A stretch of 64,000 bases of DNA from Calditrichia bacterium (lineage in GTDB: Bacteria; Calditrichota; Calditrichia; JAJRVZ01). A program made the position numbers and the translations under genes. Every line of letters begins with the position of its first letter. The stretch's first letter is position 1. The stretch is from NCBI GenBank assembly GCA_963796965.1, contig CAWCNS010000004.1, forward strand, positions 416,001 through 480,000, written 5' to 3'. The notes beneath the pieces are model-generated. The model was not told where the DNA came from. It searched no databases and saw only the letters and a list, made by a program, of their open reading frames with translations. Shown in pieces: positions 11,909 through 23,136 of this stretch.

Positions 11909-12426
11909 ATTAAACGATCCATTTACATAGTAGACTGTGTAAATCTTAAATACATTGTTTTTTGCTTATTTTCCTCCCTTTTATCTAAAATTTCAAATGA
12001 TTTACTATTATAAACATCTACAGGTTTAAGATTATCTAAAATGTAAGTCGTCAAAACATGTCGTTGCTTATAATGCTCTCCATTATAAATCCTCTACAAG
12101 GATTACATTTTTATCGGTTACGATTATTTTCTACATAAATAAAACCTCTCCGAGGTAAAAAATCTGGTGTCTCAAAAAAAACCTTGCTAATAAAACAAAG
12201 TTTCCGGCGATAGTAGCATTATTCCTCACGTAAAAACGTCCATGCATACAGAAATATGTACATCTTTCCGATATTAATATTTCGCAATTGAAAACCGCTA
12301 CGGTAAACATGCTATCCCAAAACATTCTATTCAATATTTATACAAACTAGTCTAAATTCATAGTCCTTTTTTTGAATTGTTAACGATAATTTAATACCTT
12401 CCAATAGCAAATTTCATGGACCAATT

Positions 12427-13956
12427 ATGAAAACCATCTTATTAACTAGCGTATTTCTTTTCTGTTTAAACGGATATGCACAACCTGATTCAGTATTTTT
12501 TCAGAAAGAAACTCCAACCTTTTCTCAACTTCCCCTGACAGAGCAGCGGAAAATCATTTTAAATGTCGCCCCGCCGCCAATCGCTGAACGGGATAATCCC
12601 TATTCTACACCGATGTATTATTTGCTTTCAAAAGGGTACCGGGATGGCATCGGATCTATGAGCGGTAAAGGGAATTTGATCCTCGATAGAAATCGTCCTG
12701 ATTGGCAGGAAGAACTGATCAGGGAATGGGCAGATTTGGGGTTGACTTCAACGCATTTCCTCACCTATCCGAGTCAATGGGAATCTGAGGATAAAATACA
12801 GGCTATTGAGGATTATTTCGCTATAAGTGCTAAATATGGAATGAAAATTGGTATTCGCCTGGGGGGCGATAAGTTCTTTGGCGGACTAGAAGCCAGTGGT
12901 TGGGATCTGCATCCCAATAATCCAAATAATAGAATTGATGAATACATCGAATGGACTAAACGTGTTGCCACTAAGGGGAAAGGACGGGTTACCTACTATG
13001 TCCTTGGTGATGAACTAAATCTGGGTGGGTGGGAGGCGCCTACAGGTGAGGCTGGTAAAACAGAAGGGCACAAGGTAGCGGATGATAAAAAGTGGACACC
13101 GGATATTTATATGCAGGTATTCCCAAAACTTGCAAGCGCAATAACGACAATTGATCCTGATGTAAAAATATCCATGTTTGGAATGGGGGGAATGGATTGG
13201 GATTATATCGAAGGATTATTTAAACTGGGCTATGCAAAATATGCCGATGGAGTTGCGGCCAATATAGGTAATAAATCCGCTGAAGAAATTCAGGACTTTG
13301 TGCAAAAGGTTAAAAATGAGGCCCCGGATTTTAGGTTTTATTCTAATGGGGTGGGCTATGTAAGAGCAAAAAATACCAATTTCTATCCAACCAATACAAA
13401 AGGTACTTATGATGATGAAGCGCAGGGTATAGAAGTGGCCAAGATCATGTTCCGCGGTTTTGATGCCGGGTGGGACAGCACGCCCTATTATATTGTCGTT
13501 CGTCAATGGCAATTGGCAGATGGAACCTTTGCCCCACATTGGTATGGATTGATGGGGTTTACGGATCTTATTTTGGACCCTTATGACAACCTGACCTTTA
13601 AGCATTATCCAGCCTGGTATTCCTTTCAGACGATCTCACATATCTTTTACAGTAAAAGCAAAACAAAACCGGCACCTTTTAAGATAAATTTGAGTCAGCC
13701 GCTAGATTTCTCACGCGTCTATGTGCGTAATGATTATGAATGTTTGCTGGTTTTATGGAATAATGGGGATAAAGAAGAAACTGTAACGATCACTTTGCCA
13801 ACCCAGAAATACCGCTACCCGGTCAAAATATCCCTGTTTAATTATCGTGAAATATCAGATGTGTCCTATAAAACCGAGGGTGAAAACAACCTGGTAATGC
13901 CGGATGTAAAGGTCGGCAAGGCACCTGTGATTATTCGGTTAGTAAAAGGTATGTAG
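12427..13956 (+). CDS. Secreted clan GH-A-like (GH5/GH39-like) TIM-barrel protein
   Basis: Signal peptide. YYVLGDELN resembles the acid/base strand, followed by IDPDVKI and a beta-rich C-terminus. Confidence 0.6.
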   Translation: MKTILLTSVFLFCLNGYAQPDSVFFQKETPTFSQLPLTEQRKIILNVAPPPIAERDNPYSTPMYYLLSKGYRDGIGSMSGKGNLILDRNRPDWQEELIREWADLGLTSTHFLTYPSQWESEDKIQAIEDYFAISAKYGMKIGIRLGGDKFFGGLEASGWDLHPNNPNNRIDEYIEWTKRVATKGKGRVTYYVLGDELNLGGWEAPTGEAGKTEGHKVADDKKWTPDIYMQVFPKLASAITTIDPDVKISMFGMGGMDWDYIEGLFKLGYAKYADGVAANIGNKSAEEIQDFVQKVKNEAPDFRFYSNGVGYVRAKNTNFYPTNTKGTYDDEAQGIEVAKIMFRGFDAGWDSTPYYIVVRQWQLADGTFAPHWYGLMGFTDLILDPYDNLTFKHYPAWYSFQTISHIFYSKSKTKPAPFKINLSQPLDFSRVYVRNDYECLLVLWNNGDKEETVTITLPTQKYRYPVKISLFNYREISDVSYKTEGENNLVMPDVKVGKAPVIIRLVKGM

Positions 13957-14007
13957 AGATGAGGAGTGAAAATCGTATTTATTACATTACTCACATGAAG
14001 GACCTCG

Positions 14008-14039
14008 ATCTAATTCCCCCTTCAAAGGGGGAATTAGAT
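14008..14039. repeat. Family-A hairpin with perfect 14-bp stem (possible terminator role)
   Basis: atctaattccccct-tcaa-agggggaattagat. Confidence 0.85.
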
Positions 14040-14103
14040 AGTGTTTTAAGAACAATCATTCATTATACAATACATACAGCCATTTAGCTGCAGAGGGATA
14101 ATA

Positions 14104-15078
14104 ATGAAAATATTTATACCCGTATTTCTTACGTTTATCATCTTGTTCAGTTTTGCCTGTGAGAATAATTCAAACGGTGCACCGGAAGCACCCATTGGAT
14201 ATCCCTTTCTCTGGCTATTTAAACTCACATATGTTACCGGGATTCTGGATTTGGTTGATTCAGAACCACCTGTTCCGCCTGAGATAAATGAATTCAAAGA
14301 TATTGAATACAAACAAATTGGCGATCATACGCTAAAACTGAATATATACCAACCCAAGAATATAGAAAAACCAAGACCGGTTTTAATTTTTATTCATGGT
14401 GGTGGCTGGAGGAAAGGCAATAAAGAAGATTATCTTCTATATTTGATCGAATTTGCAAAAAGGGGTTATATAACAGCCAGTATTTCGTACCGGTTAACAG
14501 GAGAGGCACTCTATCCTGCTGCTGTGGAGGATGTAAAATGTGCCGTTCGTTGGATCCGTTCCCATGCCAATGATTATCTCATCGATCCTGATAAAATTGC
14601 CGTCATTGGCGGATCAGCCGGTGGTCATTTAGCCATGATGATAGGTTATTCCTCTGATGTGCCTGAGTTAGATGGACTATGTAATACAGATTCCGTAAGC
14701 AGTCATGTACAAGCAGTGGTCAATCTCTATGGACCCACTGATCTGACAACGGAATATGCGCGTACGCATAAAACGACGATAAATTTTTTCGGTCAATCTT
14801 ATGAGGCAATTCCACACATTTATAAACAGGGCTCGCCGGGTTCACATATTACAGCAGATGATCCGCCAACCTTGATTTTTCATGGAACGATAGATGAACT
14901 CGTTCCGGTTAGCCAATCGGATTCATTAGAGATATGGTTGAAGAAAGCAGGCGTTGACTGTGAATACCACCGTTTGAAATGGTGGCCGCATACGATGGAT
15001 CTGGCGAAATCCGTAAATGACTATTGTCAGTATTATATGAATGCTTTTTTTGAAAAACATCTTTCAATAGGAAATTGA
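14104..15078 (+). CDS. Alpha/beta hydrolase (HSL / BD-FAE-type carbohydrate esterase), probable lipoprotein
   Basis: HGGGW, GGSAGG, FHGTIDELVP and WPH motifs. Lipobox-like FSFAC. Confidence 0.9.
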   Translation: MKIFIPVFLTFIILFSFACENNSNGAPEAPIGYPFLWLFKLTYVTGILDLVDSEPPVPPEINEFKDIEYKQIGDHTLKLNIYQPKNIEKPRPVLIFIHGGGWRKGNKEDYLLYLIEFAKRGYITASISYRLTGEALYPAAVEDVKCAVRWIRSHANDYLIDPDKIAVIGGSAGGHLAMMIGYSSDVPELDGLCNTDSVSSHVQAVVNLYGPTDLTTEYARTHKTTINFFGQSYEAIPHIYKQGSPGSHITADDPPTLIFHGTIDELVPVSQSDSLEIWLKKAGVDCEYHRLKWWPHTMDLAKSVNDYCQYYMNAFFEKHLSIGN

Positions 15079-15209
15079 ATATTCAATAAATGATTTTCTT
15101 ATTTGAGGGGTATATTATTGTCAATATCACAAAAACAGAACGATTTAGTTCCCCCTTCAGGGGTGGTTGCAGTATCGGCTAATTTGCACAAATCTTGGTG
15201 TGGCAAGGA

Positions 15210-15321
15210 CCTGTTTCCCCCTTGGAAAAGGGGGACTAAGGGGGATGTATTTTCTCTATAAGTTACGTAAAAACATCCCCCTAACCCCCTTTCTTAAGGG
15301 GGGATGAATTTTGCTTATTCG
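15210..15321. repeat. Full ~110-bp family-A element (REPIN/MITE-like inverted doublet)
   Basis: cctgtttcccccttggaaaagggggactaagggggatgt..taagtta..acatccccctaaccccctt..aagggggg..ttttgctt, colinear with 36512-36620. Confidence 0.9.
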
Positions 15322-15419
15322 AACAGCTAAACACTTTTCTCTATCATGCATCTAATCTGTAACAGCCCATTCAAAGAGGGAGTAAGATTTTGCTTATTCT
15401 ATATTTAAAAGGAGTTTAT

Positions 15420-16926
15420 ATGAAACCTAATAGAAGATATGGTTTGCGGATAATTGTGCCATTGTCATTCGTCATATTAATTATCTTTTTAGCATGTTCA
15501 GATTCAATTCCACCCCCTCAACCCTATGGGGCTTTACCCACTGCCCGTCTGTTGGCCTGGCATGAAATGGAATTCTATGGATTTCTGCATTTTACAACTA
15601 ATACTTTTACTGATAAAGAATGGGGTTATGGTGATGAATCGCCGGATATCTTTAATCCAACAGAATTTGATGCGGAGCAGATCGTCAGTACAGCAAAAAT
15701 GGCGGGGATGACCGGATTGATCCTTACCTGTAAACATCACGATGGGTTTTGTCTCTGGCCGAGTAAATATACAAAACATTCGGTAAAATCCAGTTCCTGG
15801 CGTGAGGGAAAGGGTGATGTGGTCCGGGAGATAGCAGAAGCCTGTAAACGCCATGGTCTGAAGTTTGGTGCATACCTCTCTCCCTGGGACCGTAATCATC
15901 CTGATTATGGTAAAGAAAGCGTATGTAACATATTACCGTAATCAGTTACGAGAACTGTTAACAGACTATGGCCCTATTTTTGAAGTATGGTGGGATGGTG
16001 CAAATGGCGGGGATGGCTTATTACGGAGGAGCCCGGGAAAGCCGAACTATAGAGCGGTCGACCTATTACGGTTGGGAAGAAACAACTCAGATCGTCAGAG
16101 AGCTTCAACCCGAAGCGGTTATATTTTCAGATGCGGGTCCGGATCTGCGCTGGGTTGGAAATGAGCATGGTATTGCCGGCGATCCCTGCTGGCAAACTTA
16201 TACACCCGCCCCACGTGAAGGAGAAAAAAAAGCAGGCCCGGGTACGACCAAATATCAGGAAGCGACCAAGGTCACCGGGATGGCAAATTATGGATGCCGG
16301 CGGAAGCTGATGTTTCCATCCGTCCCGGCTGGTTCTGGCATGAAGAATCAGAATGAACGTGTACGGAAGTGCAGAAAATCTGGTCGATCTTGTATTATAA
16401 GTCGATAGGAAGAGGGGCCAGTTTTCTACTTAAATCTCCCCCCGGACCGTCGCGGCTTGATCCATGAGAATGATGTCCGCTCTCTAAAAGAATTCCGTCA
16501 AATTCTGGATGCGACATTTGACAAAAGATTTGGCTGCGGATGCCCAAATAACCGCCAATAATATCAGGGGTGGAAGCAATACTTTTTCAACATCAAATTT
16601 GATGGATCAGAACAGACAAACCTATTGGTCAACTGATGATAATTTTACCAAAGCGGATATTTTGGTAACCTTCCAAAAACCAACGACATTTAATGTTGTT
16701 CTCCTGAGAGAATATTTACCTTTGGGTCAACGCATTTTTACCTGGGCACTGGATCGATGGGAAAATAATGAGTTGGATAGAATTTGCTTCCGGAGAGTCG
16801 ATTGGATCCTGCCGGTTATGGCGTGGAGATGCTATATCCAGTCAGAAGATCCGATTAAGAATATCCGGACCGGTTTGCCCGGCATTAAGTGAGTTCGGAG
16901 TATATCGCGAACCAGGTAGAAATTAA
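15420..16926 (+). pseudogene. GH29 alpha-L-fucosidase with F5/8-type C domain; at least 4 frameshifts, probably assembly error
   Basis: FLHFTTNTF, KHHDGFCLW, YLSPWDRN, EVWWDGA, RWVGNE and LREYLPLGQRI occur in successive +1 frames. RBS aggag lies before ATG 15420. Confidence 0.88.
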
Positions 16927-17032
16927 CTTCTTAGTAAAAATTTTGTATATTTAAAATCATGTCTATAAGGTTGATTGTATTATACTAAACCAAGTAACTA
17001 AACGGGTTTATTTAAAATTTTGGTTTGTGATA

Positions 17033-17074
17033 AGGACCTCACCCCTTTCCCCTCTCCTAAAAAGTGAGGGGAAA
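17033..17074. repeat. Family-A variant
   Basis: aaggacctcacccctttcccctctcctaaaaagtgaggggaaa. The aaggacct leader also precedes the copies near 14000 and 15205. Confidence 0.6.
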
Positions 17075-17307
17075 TAAATAGAGTAATTCATTTAATAATT
17101 ACTCCCCTCTTTTTTCCAGAGAAATCAAATATGAACCTGTTGGTCTAAAATTTGGGGATCAGTTAAGTTATAATAATGATAACTTAATTACATCGGATAT
17201 TCATGATTTAAAATCATGGCCGGATAAAAATCAATGTTTTAACAAAAAATTTAATTTTAAAACCACTTTTACTAAAGAAACATTCAGATAGAACTACAGG
17301 AATAATC

Positions 17308-20300
17308 ATGTCTAAAAAGCATCATCTTTTACTCTCCGTCTTCATTGTTTATTCTCTCCTTTCTGGTTCTTCTTTTGCTCAAACGTCCTCGTTAGAATAT
17401 ATCCCCGATGAAAACGGCGCTATTAAGAATTGGCTTCTCCTCGGTCCCTTTTCGAACTCGGCAGAGGGCACGGTCGGTATCAGCGATCATGGGGACGGTT
17501 GTTATGGGTATAATAATGATTTATTAATGGATTATGGCGGCGAAAGTTCTGTATCACCCTATTTGGGACAAATAATCCATAATCACTATTCATGGGAATT
17601 ATTATTTAATTCCTCGGAGTGGATTGACTTTAACAGTCTACTATGAAAAAAATGATGATGCGGTTGCATATGCCTATCTGATCCTGCATACAAAAAAAGA
17701 AATGCAGGTGAACCTGGGCATCAGCCACAACGATGGATTAAAAATTTTACTAAATGGAAAACAGGTTTATGAAAATCATATTGCCCAGGTTGTTCTAAAT
17801 TCTGTGACTTTAATTATCAATTTAAAAAAAGGAGATAACCGGCTCCTTCTTAAGGTTGATGAAAAAACCGGTGGTTGGGGATTCGGTTTATCCATTAAAA
17901 CCATTAACAATCATGAAGTGAAGGGATTGAAAGTAAAGATTCCCCTTTTAAACAAACAAACTGAATTACAGGCAAAGCTTTTTGAAAACAGTTTTTTGAA
18001 TGATTCCGAACCGGCTATCGGTGAACCTCTATTTTTGAAATTTGCCGCAAAAGGAATTTCCTTACCTAAAAATATTAACTTGCCTCTTATATTTGTGAAT
18101 AGTGAGGGAGATGTTTTACAAAAGCAGGTTTTGGCATTGGGAGATACCTTGCGTCAGAACTATCCACTTTCGTTTATTCCGCAGGGATCAAAATGTAAGA
18201 TAATACTTGAGCAAAATTCTAAAATAAAACCGATCGTTTTAACGACTACTGATAAAAAAGTATATAACAACGATCCCGATCAGACTGTCGGGAAACGCCC
18301 ATATGAAATGGGGGACCGGCCCGGATACCGTAACCCCCTGATCGATTTTGAAGATTTAGATGGTTGGTGGATTAATTCCTATAGAGGAGGGTCGGCACGT
18401 CTTTATCGGTCACGCGTTCAACAAATGGATGGCGCTTATGTGGCAAGAGTTGAATATTTGGGTGAGGATGGAAGCAGTGCTTTCGAGTTCGGTCCGCCTG
18501 AGCCTGTGTTAATTCCGGATGATACGGACAATCTGGGGATCTGGATTTACGGGAATAACTGGGGATGGTCCCCTGATCCAACAACACCGGGCGTTGGCGT
18601 CCATATTATAATGTTAGACGGCAAAGGTGCGGAACATGCTATCTATCTGGGTGATGTAAATTGGAAAGAATGGTTTTTAAAATGCCGTCATATTTTAGAT
18701 TCTGAAGCGAATCTATATTTTAAGAGTATCCGCATAACCGGCTGTGCAAATAAAAAAATTCGACAGCTCTATTTTGATTCTGTTTATTTCGAGCGAGAAC
18801 CTTGGTTACCCCTTAATTTTGAACCTCTTCCCAACATGGTTCCATTTTTAACGACGAATGAAACAATGTTACCAGTACCTGAGGATACTGTCATCGTCTC
18901 AGACCAACTGAATGATCGTCAATTTATTGCCCGTTTTGTTCAGAACGGAAAAAATATCATTTATACGTATTCTCCGCAAAGTGGAACACTTAGCGACTTT
19001 CATATAGAATCAGAATCCGGTCAAAAAATCGACCCGTTTATTAACGGCGATATTGCGTTTATTGGATCGGAATCTAACGATACTGCGGGAATTGATGAAC
19101 GTTTGCTCGAAAACTTTGAAAACTCCGATAGTGGTGTTGTTTATCACTGGAAATATATTAATGGCAAACAAAAAATTCCTTATTCCATTTCAATTGCCAG
19201 TCGTTATAATTCCCTGGTTATCGATATTGCTGTCCCATCGGAACAAACAAAGGGTTTAAATCTCGGGCATTTAAAAAGCAATTCGCCCGTAAAATTAGTA
19301 CGTGTGCCGATGCTAACCTATGGTGTTCCTGATCCGCAGGTTGTATGCGGCGATGATCTTTTTATCTTTGCCCTTATTGATCATTACCATACCCACGCTT
19401 CAATGCTTTTTGCACAAAATAAGCAGTTATCTGAAACAGAAGTTTTTTTTAATGGCGGAAGCCTTTATATGCCAAAAACGGATGGTCGAAGGAATCCTTT
19501 GAAGGAGCGCATCATTCTTTCTGTTAGTTCTAATTTTCATGATGTTTTGCCAACCATCCCTCATCCTCCTTCTCCAATGGGGGAAATTACCAGAAGCCGT
19601 TTGTGGAAAGAGAATTGGGGAATGTCGCCGGATAACAAAACATACGAAAGATTTTATCAGGGCTTAAAAGTATTACGGAATTATGGTGTTTCTCAATTCA
19701 TCGTTCGTCATCATGAAGAAACCTGGCGTGATGGTGGCGAATCATTTACACTCCGACTTCAAGCCGCTCCCAAAAAAGGAGGGGATAGCGCCCTGAAAGA
19801 GTATGTCAAACGGGTTATAGATCTTGGATTTATTTGTGGATTATATAACAATTATGTTGATTTTGCTCCGGTTAACGCTAACTGGTCTCCGGATCGCGTG
19901 GCCCGCGGTTCCAATAAAGATTATGTTGGTGCCTGGCCGAGGTGTTATACCCTCAAACCTTATTTGGCACAGAAATTTGAAGCAGAGTATTCACCAAAGA
20001 TCCATGAAAAATATGGATCGAATACCGTTTATTGCGACGTACATACAGCTTTCGCACCATGGGCCAGGGTGGATTTCGATGAGCGGGTTCCGGAAGCGGG
20101 TATGTTAAGGGGACAACATAAAGCCTATTCCATTTTGTTAAATAATGAAAAGAAGGCTTATGAGGGGCCGGTATTTAGTGAAGGTCAGTACCAGTGGTTT
20201 TACGCCGGATTGACGGATGGTAATTATGGCTCATTAAGAGATTCCGAGCCGGATAAGGTTACCCCGCTAGTGGATTTTGACCTTCTGCATATTCATCCTC

Positions 20301-21127
20301 TCGAAGTTAGTATTGGGATGGGTAATCCGGGAATGTTTTACCAGATGGGGATTGAAGCGGAGGAACATAACAGCCGAAGTCGAAAATTTGACCGATTTAT
20401 TAGCACGACCATCGCTTATGGTCATAATGGCTATCTTATTGATATGCCTCGTATAAATAATTTGAATGACATGAAGGTTAGCAGTGGCTGGGGGATCCCG
20501 GCAATCATGAAATCATATTATATGATGCAGCAATTACAATCACGTTATGCGTTGGTGAAATCGGAAAGAATTTCCTACTATGATGGTACAAAATGGCTCA
20601 ATACCAGTGATGCCATTCGTAATGACGGCTATAAACGTGGACAAATCAAAACATTGTATAAGAGTGGTCTGACAACAATTGTAAATCTTAATGAAGAGGA
20701 AAACCTGCCCATTGAGATAGGAGGCCGTAAACTGCTGTTACCACCCAATAGTTACGCTGCCCAAGGAGAAAACTTTTTCGAAATGTCAGCCATAAAAGAC
20801 GGACAGAGAATAGACCTGGTTTATTCTCCTGAATATCTATATGCGGATGGACGCGGGCAACTTCTGAAAACAGATAAAATATCTGTTACGAATAGCGCGG
20901 TGGTAGTAAAAGATAAGGGGTTCGTATGGATTATCCCCATTGATGAAAAAGAGCGGATCACTTTCCTTTTAAGGGAAATGGGGATGAATAAAACTGTAAA
21001 GGTTGTTGGATGTGATCAGGACGGAAAAATTCTTGCCGATAAAGTCGATTATCATGTAGCTGACGGCTGGTTATCGGTAAATTTATCGGATAGGTTTTTC
21101 AAATATAAAATTGTGAAGGATTACTAA
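17308..21127 (+). CDS. ~1270-aa secreted multidomain protein, possibly with a GH101/GH129-like catalytic barrel (frameshift ~17640)
   Basis: Signal peptide and NWLLLGPF in ORF 17308 continue into ORF 17624. GLYNNYVD, VYCDVHT and VFSEG segments resemble the GH101/129 barrel spacing. Confidence 0.6.
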
Positions 21128-21190
21128 CCTGCTTAATTTATACCGTAGCATCCGGATATATGGGGAAAATCAAATACCATTTTCTACTGT

Positions 21191-21287
21191 GTCATTTTGT
21201 TATGAATCTTTCTTCTTGCTGGATTTAATCTGCATGACGGAAGATTCCTATCCCGAAGCGCGATCCCGTTCCGGGACGGAATGGCAC
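21191..21287. repeat. Degenerate family-D (GTCAT...AGATTCC..GGAATGRC) element
   Basis: gtcatt...aagattcc...ggaatggcac, related to 22895-22963. Confidence 0.45.
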
Positions 21288-21424
21288 TAAAATTTTATTA
21301 AAACAACAAAGTTTTTGGCGCAATAGCATAGTTCTAAAATTCATGAATTAACCCGGTTAATTAGATCAGGCATTCATGATTCAGCATAATAATTCAGTAT
21401 CCAATAAAGAAACGGAGATCAAAA

Positions 21425-22796
21425 ATGAGTCCATTAAATCGACGGGATTTTATAAAGGCGGCGACTGTTGCCGGGGCAGGTATAGCGCTTGCACCAAATT
21501 TAATGTACGGCAAATTCTCCAATACGGTTCCAAAGATCAAAACCAAATGGAAAGCTAAACATTGCTTTTATAGGCGTTGGGGGTCGTGGAAGAAGTCATC
21601 TCAGAAATGTCTCTCCCTATAAAGATGTTGAAATTACGGCCATTTGTGATGTGGATCCTGTGGCCATTTCAAAAGCCCAGAAAACCTTACAGGATCATTC
21701 CAGAAATGAAGCGGAAGTATATACGGGAGATGATTATGCCTTTATGAAAATGCTGGAACGTGATGATATAGATGGGGTAATTATTGCTACGCCGTGGCTT
21801 TGGCATACACCCATGGCCGTTGCCGCCATGCGGGCGGGGAAATATGCAGGGGTTGAGGTAAGTGCGGCTAATACGATTGAGGAATGTTGGGATCTGGTAA
21901 ATACATCAGAAGAAACCGGTGTGCCCTGCATGATTTTAGAAAATGTTTGCTTTGCCCGTGAGGCAATGGCGGCATTAAAGATGGTTCGTGATGGATTGTT
22001 CGGTGAAGTCGTGCATGCGACCTGTGGCTATCGACATGATTTACGCGAAGTAAAATTCGGGCCGGGTGTTGAGTTTGGAAAAAATGCAAAAGGTGAAGCA
22101 CGCTGGAGAGCGGAACATTCCTTAAAACGAAACGGAGATCTTTATCCAACACATGGTGTCGGGCCGGTTGCAACCTGGTTGGATATTAACCGGGGAAATA
22201 AATTTGCCACAATCACTTCCATGGCAACAAAGTCCACAAGTTTGCATCACTATATTGTAAATCATCCCGAAGGTGGTGAAGATCATCCCAATGCCAAATT
22301 AAAGTGGAAACTTGGAGACATTGTTACATCCACAATAAAAACAGCAAATGGCGAAACAATCGTCGTTACCCATGATACTAATTTACCGCGGCCCTATTCC
22401 TGGGGATTTACCATCCATGGAAATGAAGGCGTGTGGGGTGGAGATTACGAAGGAAGAAGAATTTATATTGATGGGAAATCGCCACAACATGAATGGGAAA
22501 CGGGTGCCGAGTACGATAAATATTTTAAGAAATATGACCATAAGATCTGGAAAGAAGAAGAAGCAAAGGCTGAAGGGGCAGGACATGGGGGGATAGATTA
22601 TTTTACGATCAAGATGTTTTTAGAAAGTGTCAGAAATGAGAAACAGCCACCTTTGGATGTTTATGATGCGGCGGCCTGGAGTGCTATAACGCCTTTATCT
22701 GAAGCCTCCGTTGCCAGCAATGGGGCACCGCAGATTTTTCCGGATTTTACACGGGGAAAATGGCTGACCAATAAACCGATTTTTGTGTTTGAGTAG
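21425..22796 (+). CDS. GH109 NAD+-dependent alpha-N-acetylgalactosaminidase-like (Gfo/Idh/MocA), Tat-exported (frameshifted ~21530-21620)
   Basis: NRRDFIK signal. FIGVGGRG in an alternate frame. ATPWLWH, MILENVC, LYPTHG, GHGGID, DVYDAAAWS and FPDFTRGKW motifs. Confidence 0.9.
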
Positions 22797-22849
22797 AATT
22801 GAATTTAGAATAATCTTTGCATGTGCAACCTGGTGAGCTGAATCTCTTT

Positions 22850-23111
22850 GACAGGATCTCAGGATTTACAGGATTTTAATAGTATTTTGCTATTAGATTC
22901 CGAAATTCCGATATCTAATCGGGAGAATGACGTTTGGTCATCCTGAATTAATTTCAGGATCTCAATATTTAAAAAAACTTATAAAAAATTTTCGTGGCTC
23001 TCCGTGTCTGCTTAGTGCAACTTCGTGATACTAAAAAAATATCACGAAGACCACAAAGAATTCACAAAACACGCGAAGTTAAAATCAGAAAATTAATCCT
23101 GTTATCCTGTC
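22850..23111. repeat. Nested spacer: family-C (ACAGGATT) inverted arms enclosing a family-D unit and a family-B inverted pair
   Basis: gacaggatctcaggatttacaggatt (22850) pairs with aatcctgttatcctgtc (23095-23111). Inside are gtcatcctgaattaatttcaggatctc (22937-22963) and ttcgtg..cttcgtgata / tatcacgaag..cgcgaag (22992-23078). Confidence 0.8.
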
Positions 23112-23136
23112 TAAAATAAAAATTACTTATGAGCAG

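Noticed and set aside
11739..11930. CRISPR array
   Set aside because: The repeated motif is only ~9 bp and degenerate, with 14-bp gaps. There are no 23-47-bp identical repeats and no cas genes.
11783..12334. ORFs 11783-12013 (+) and 12131-12334 (-) as genes
   Set aside because: Both are short, with no RBS or recognisable motif and atypical composition.
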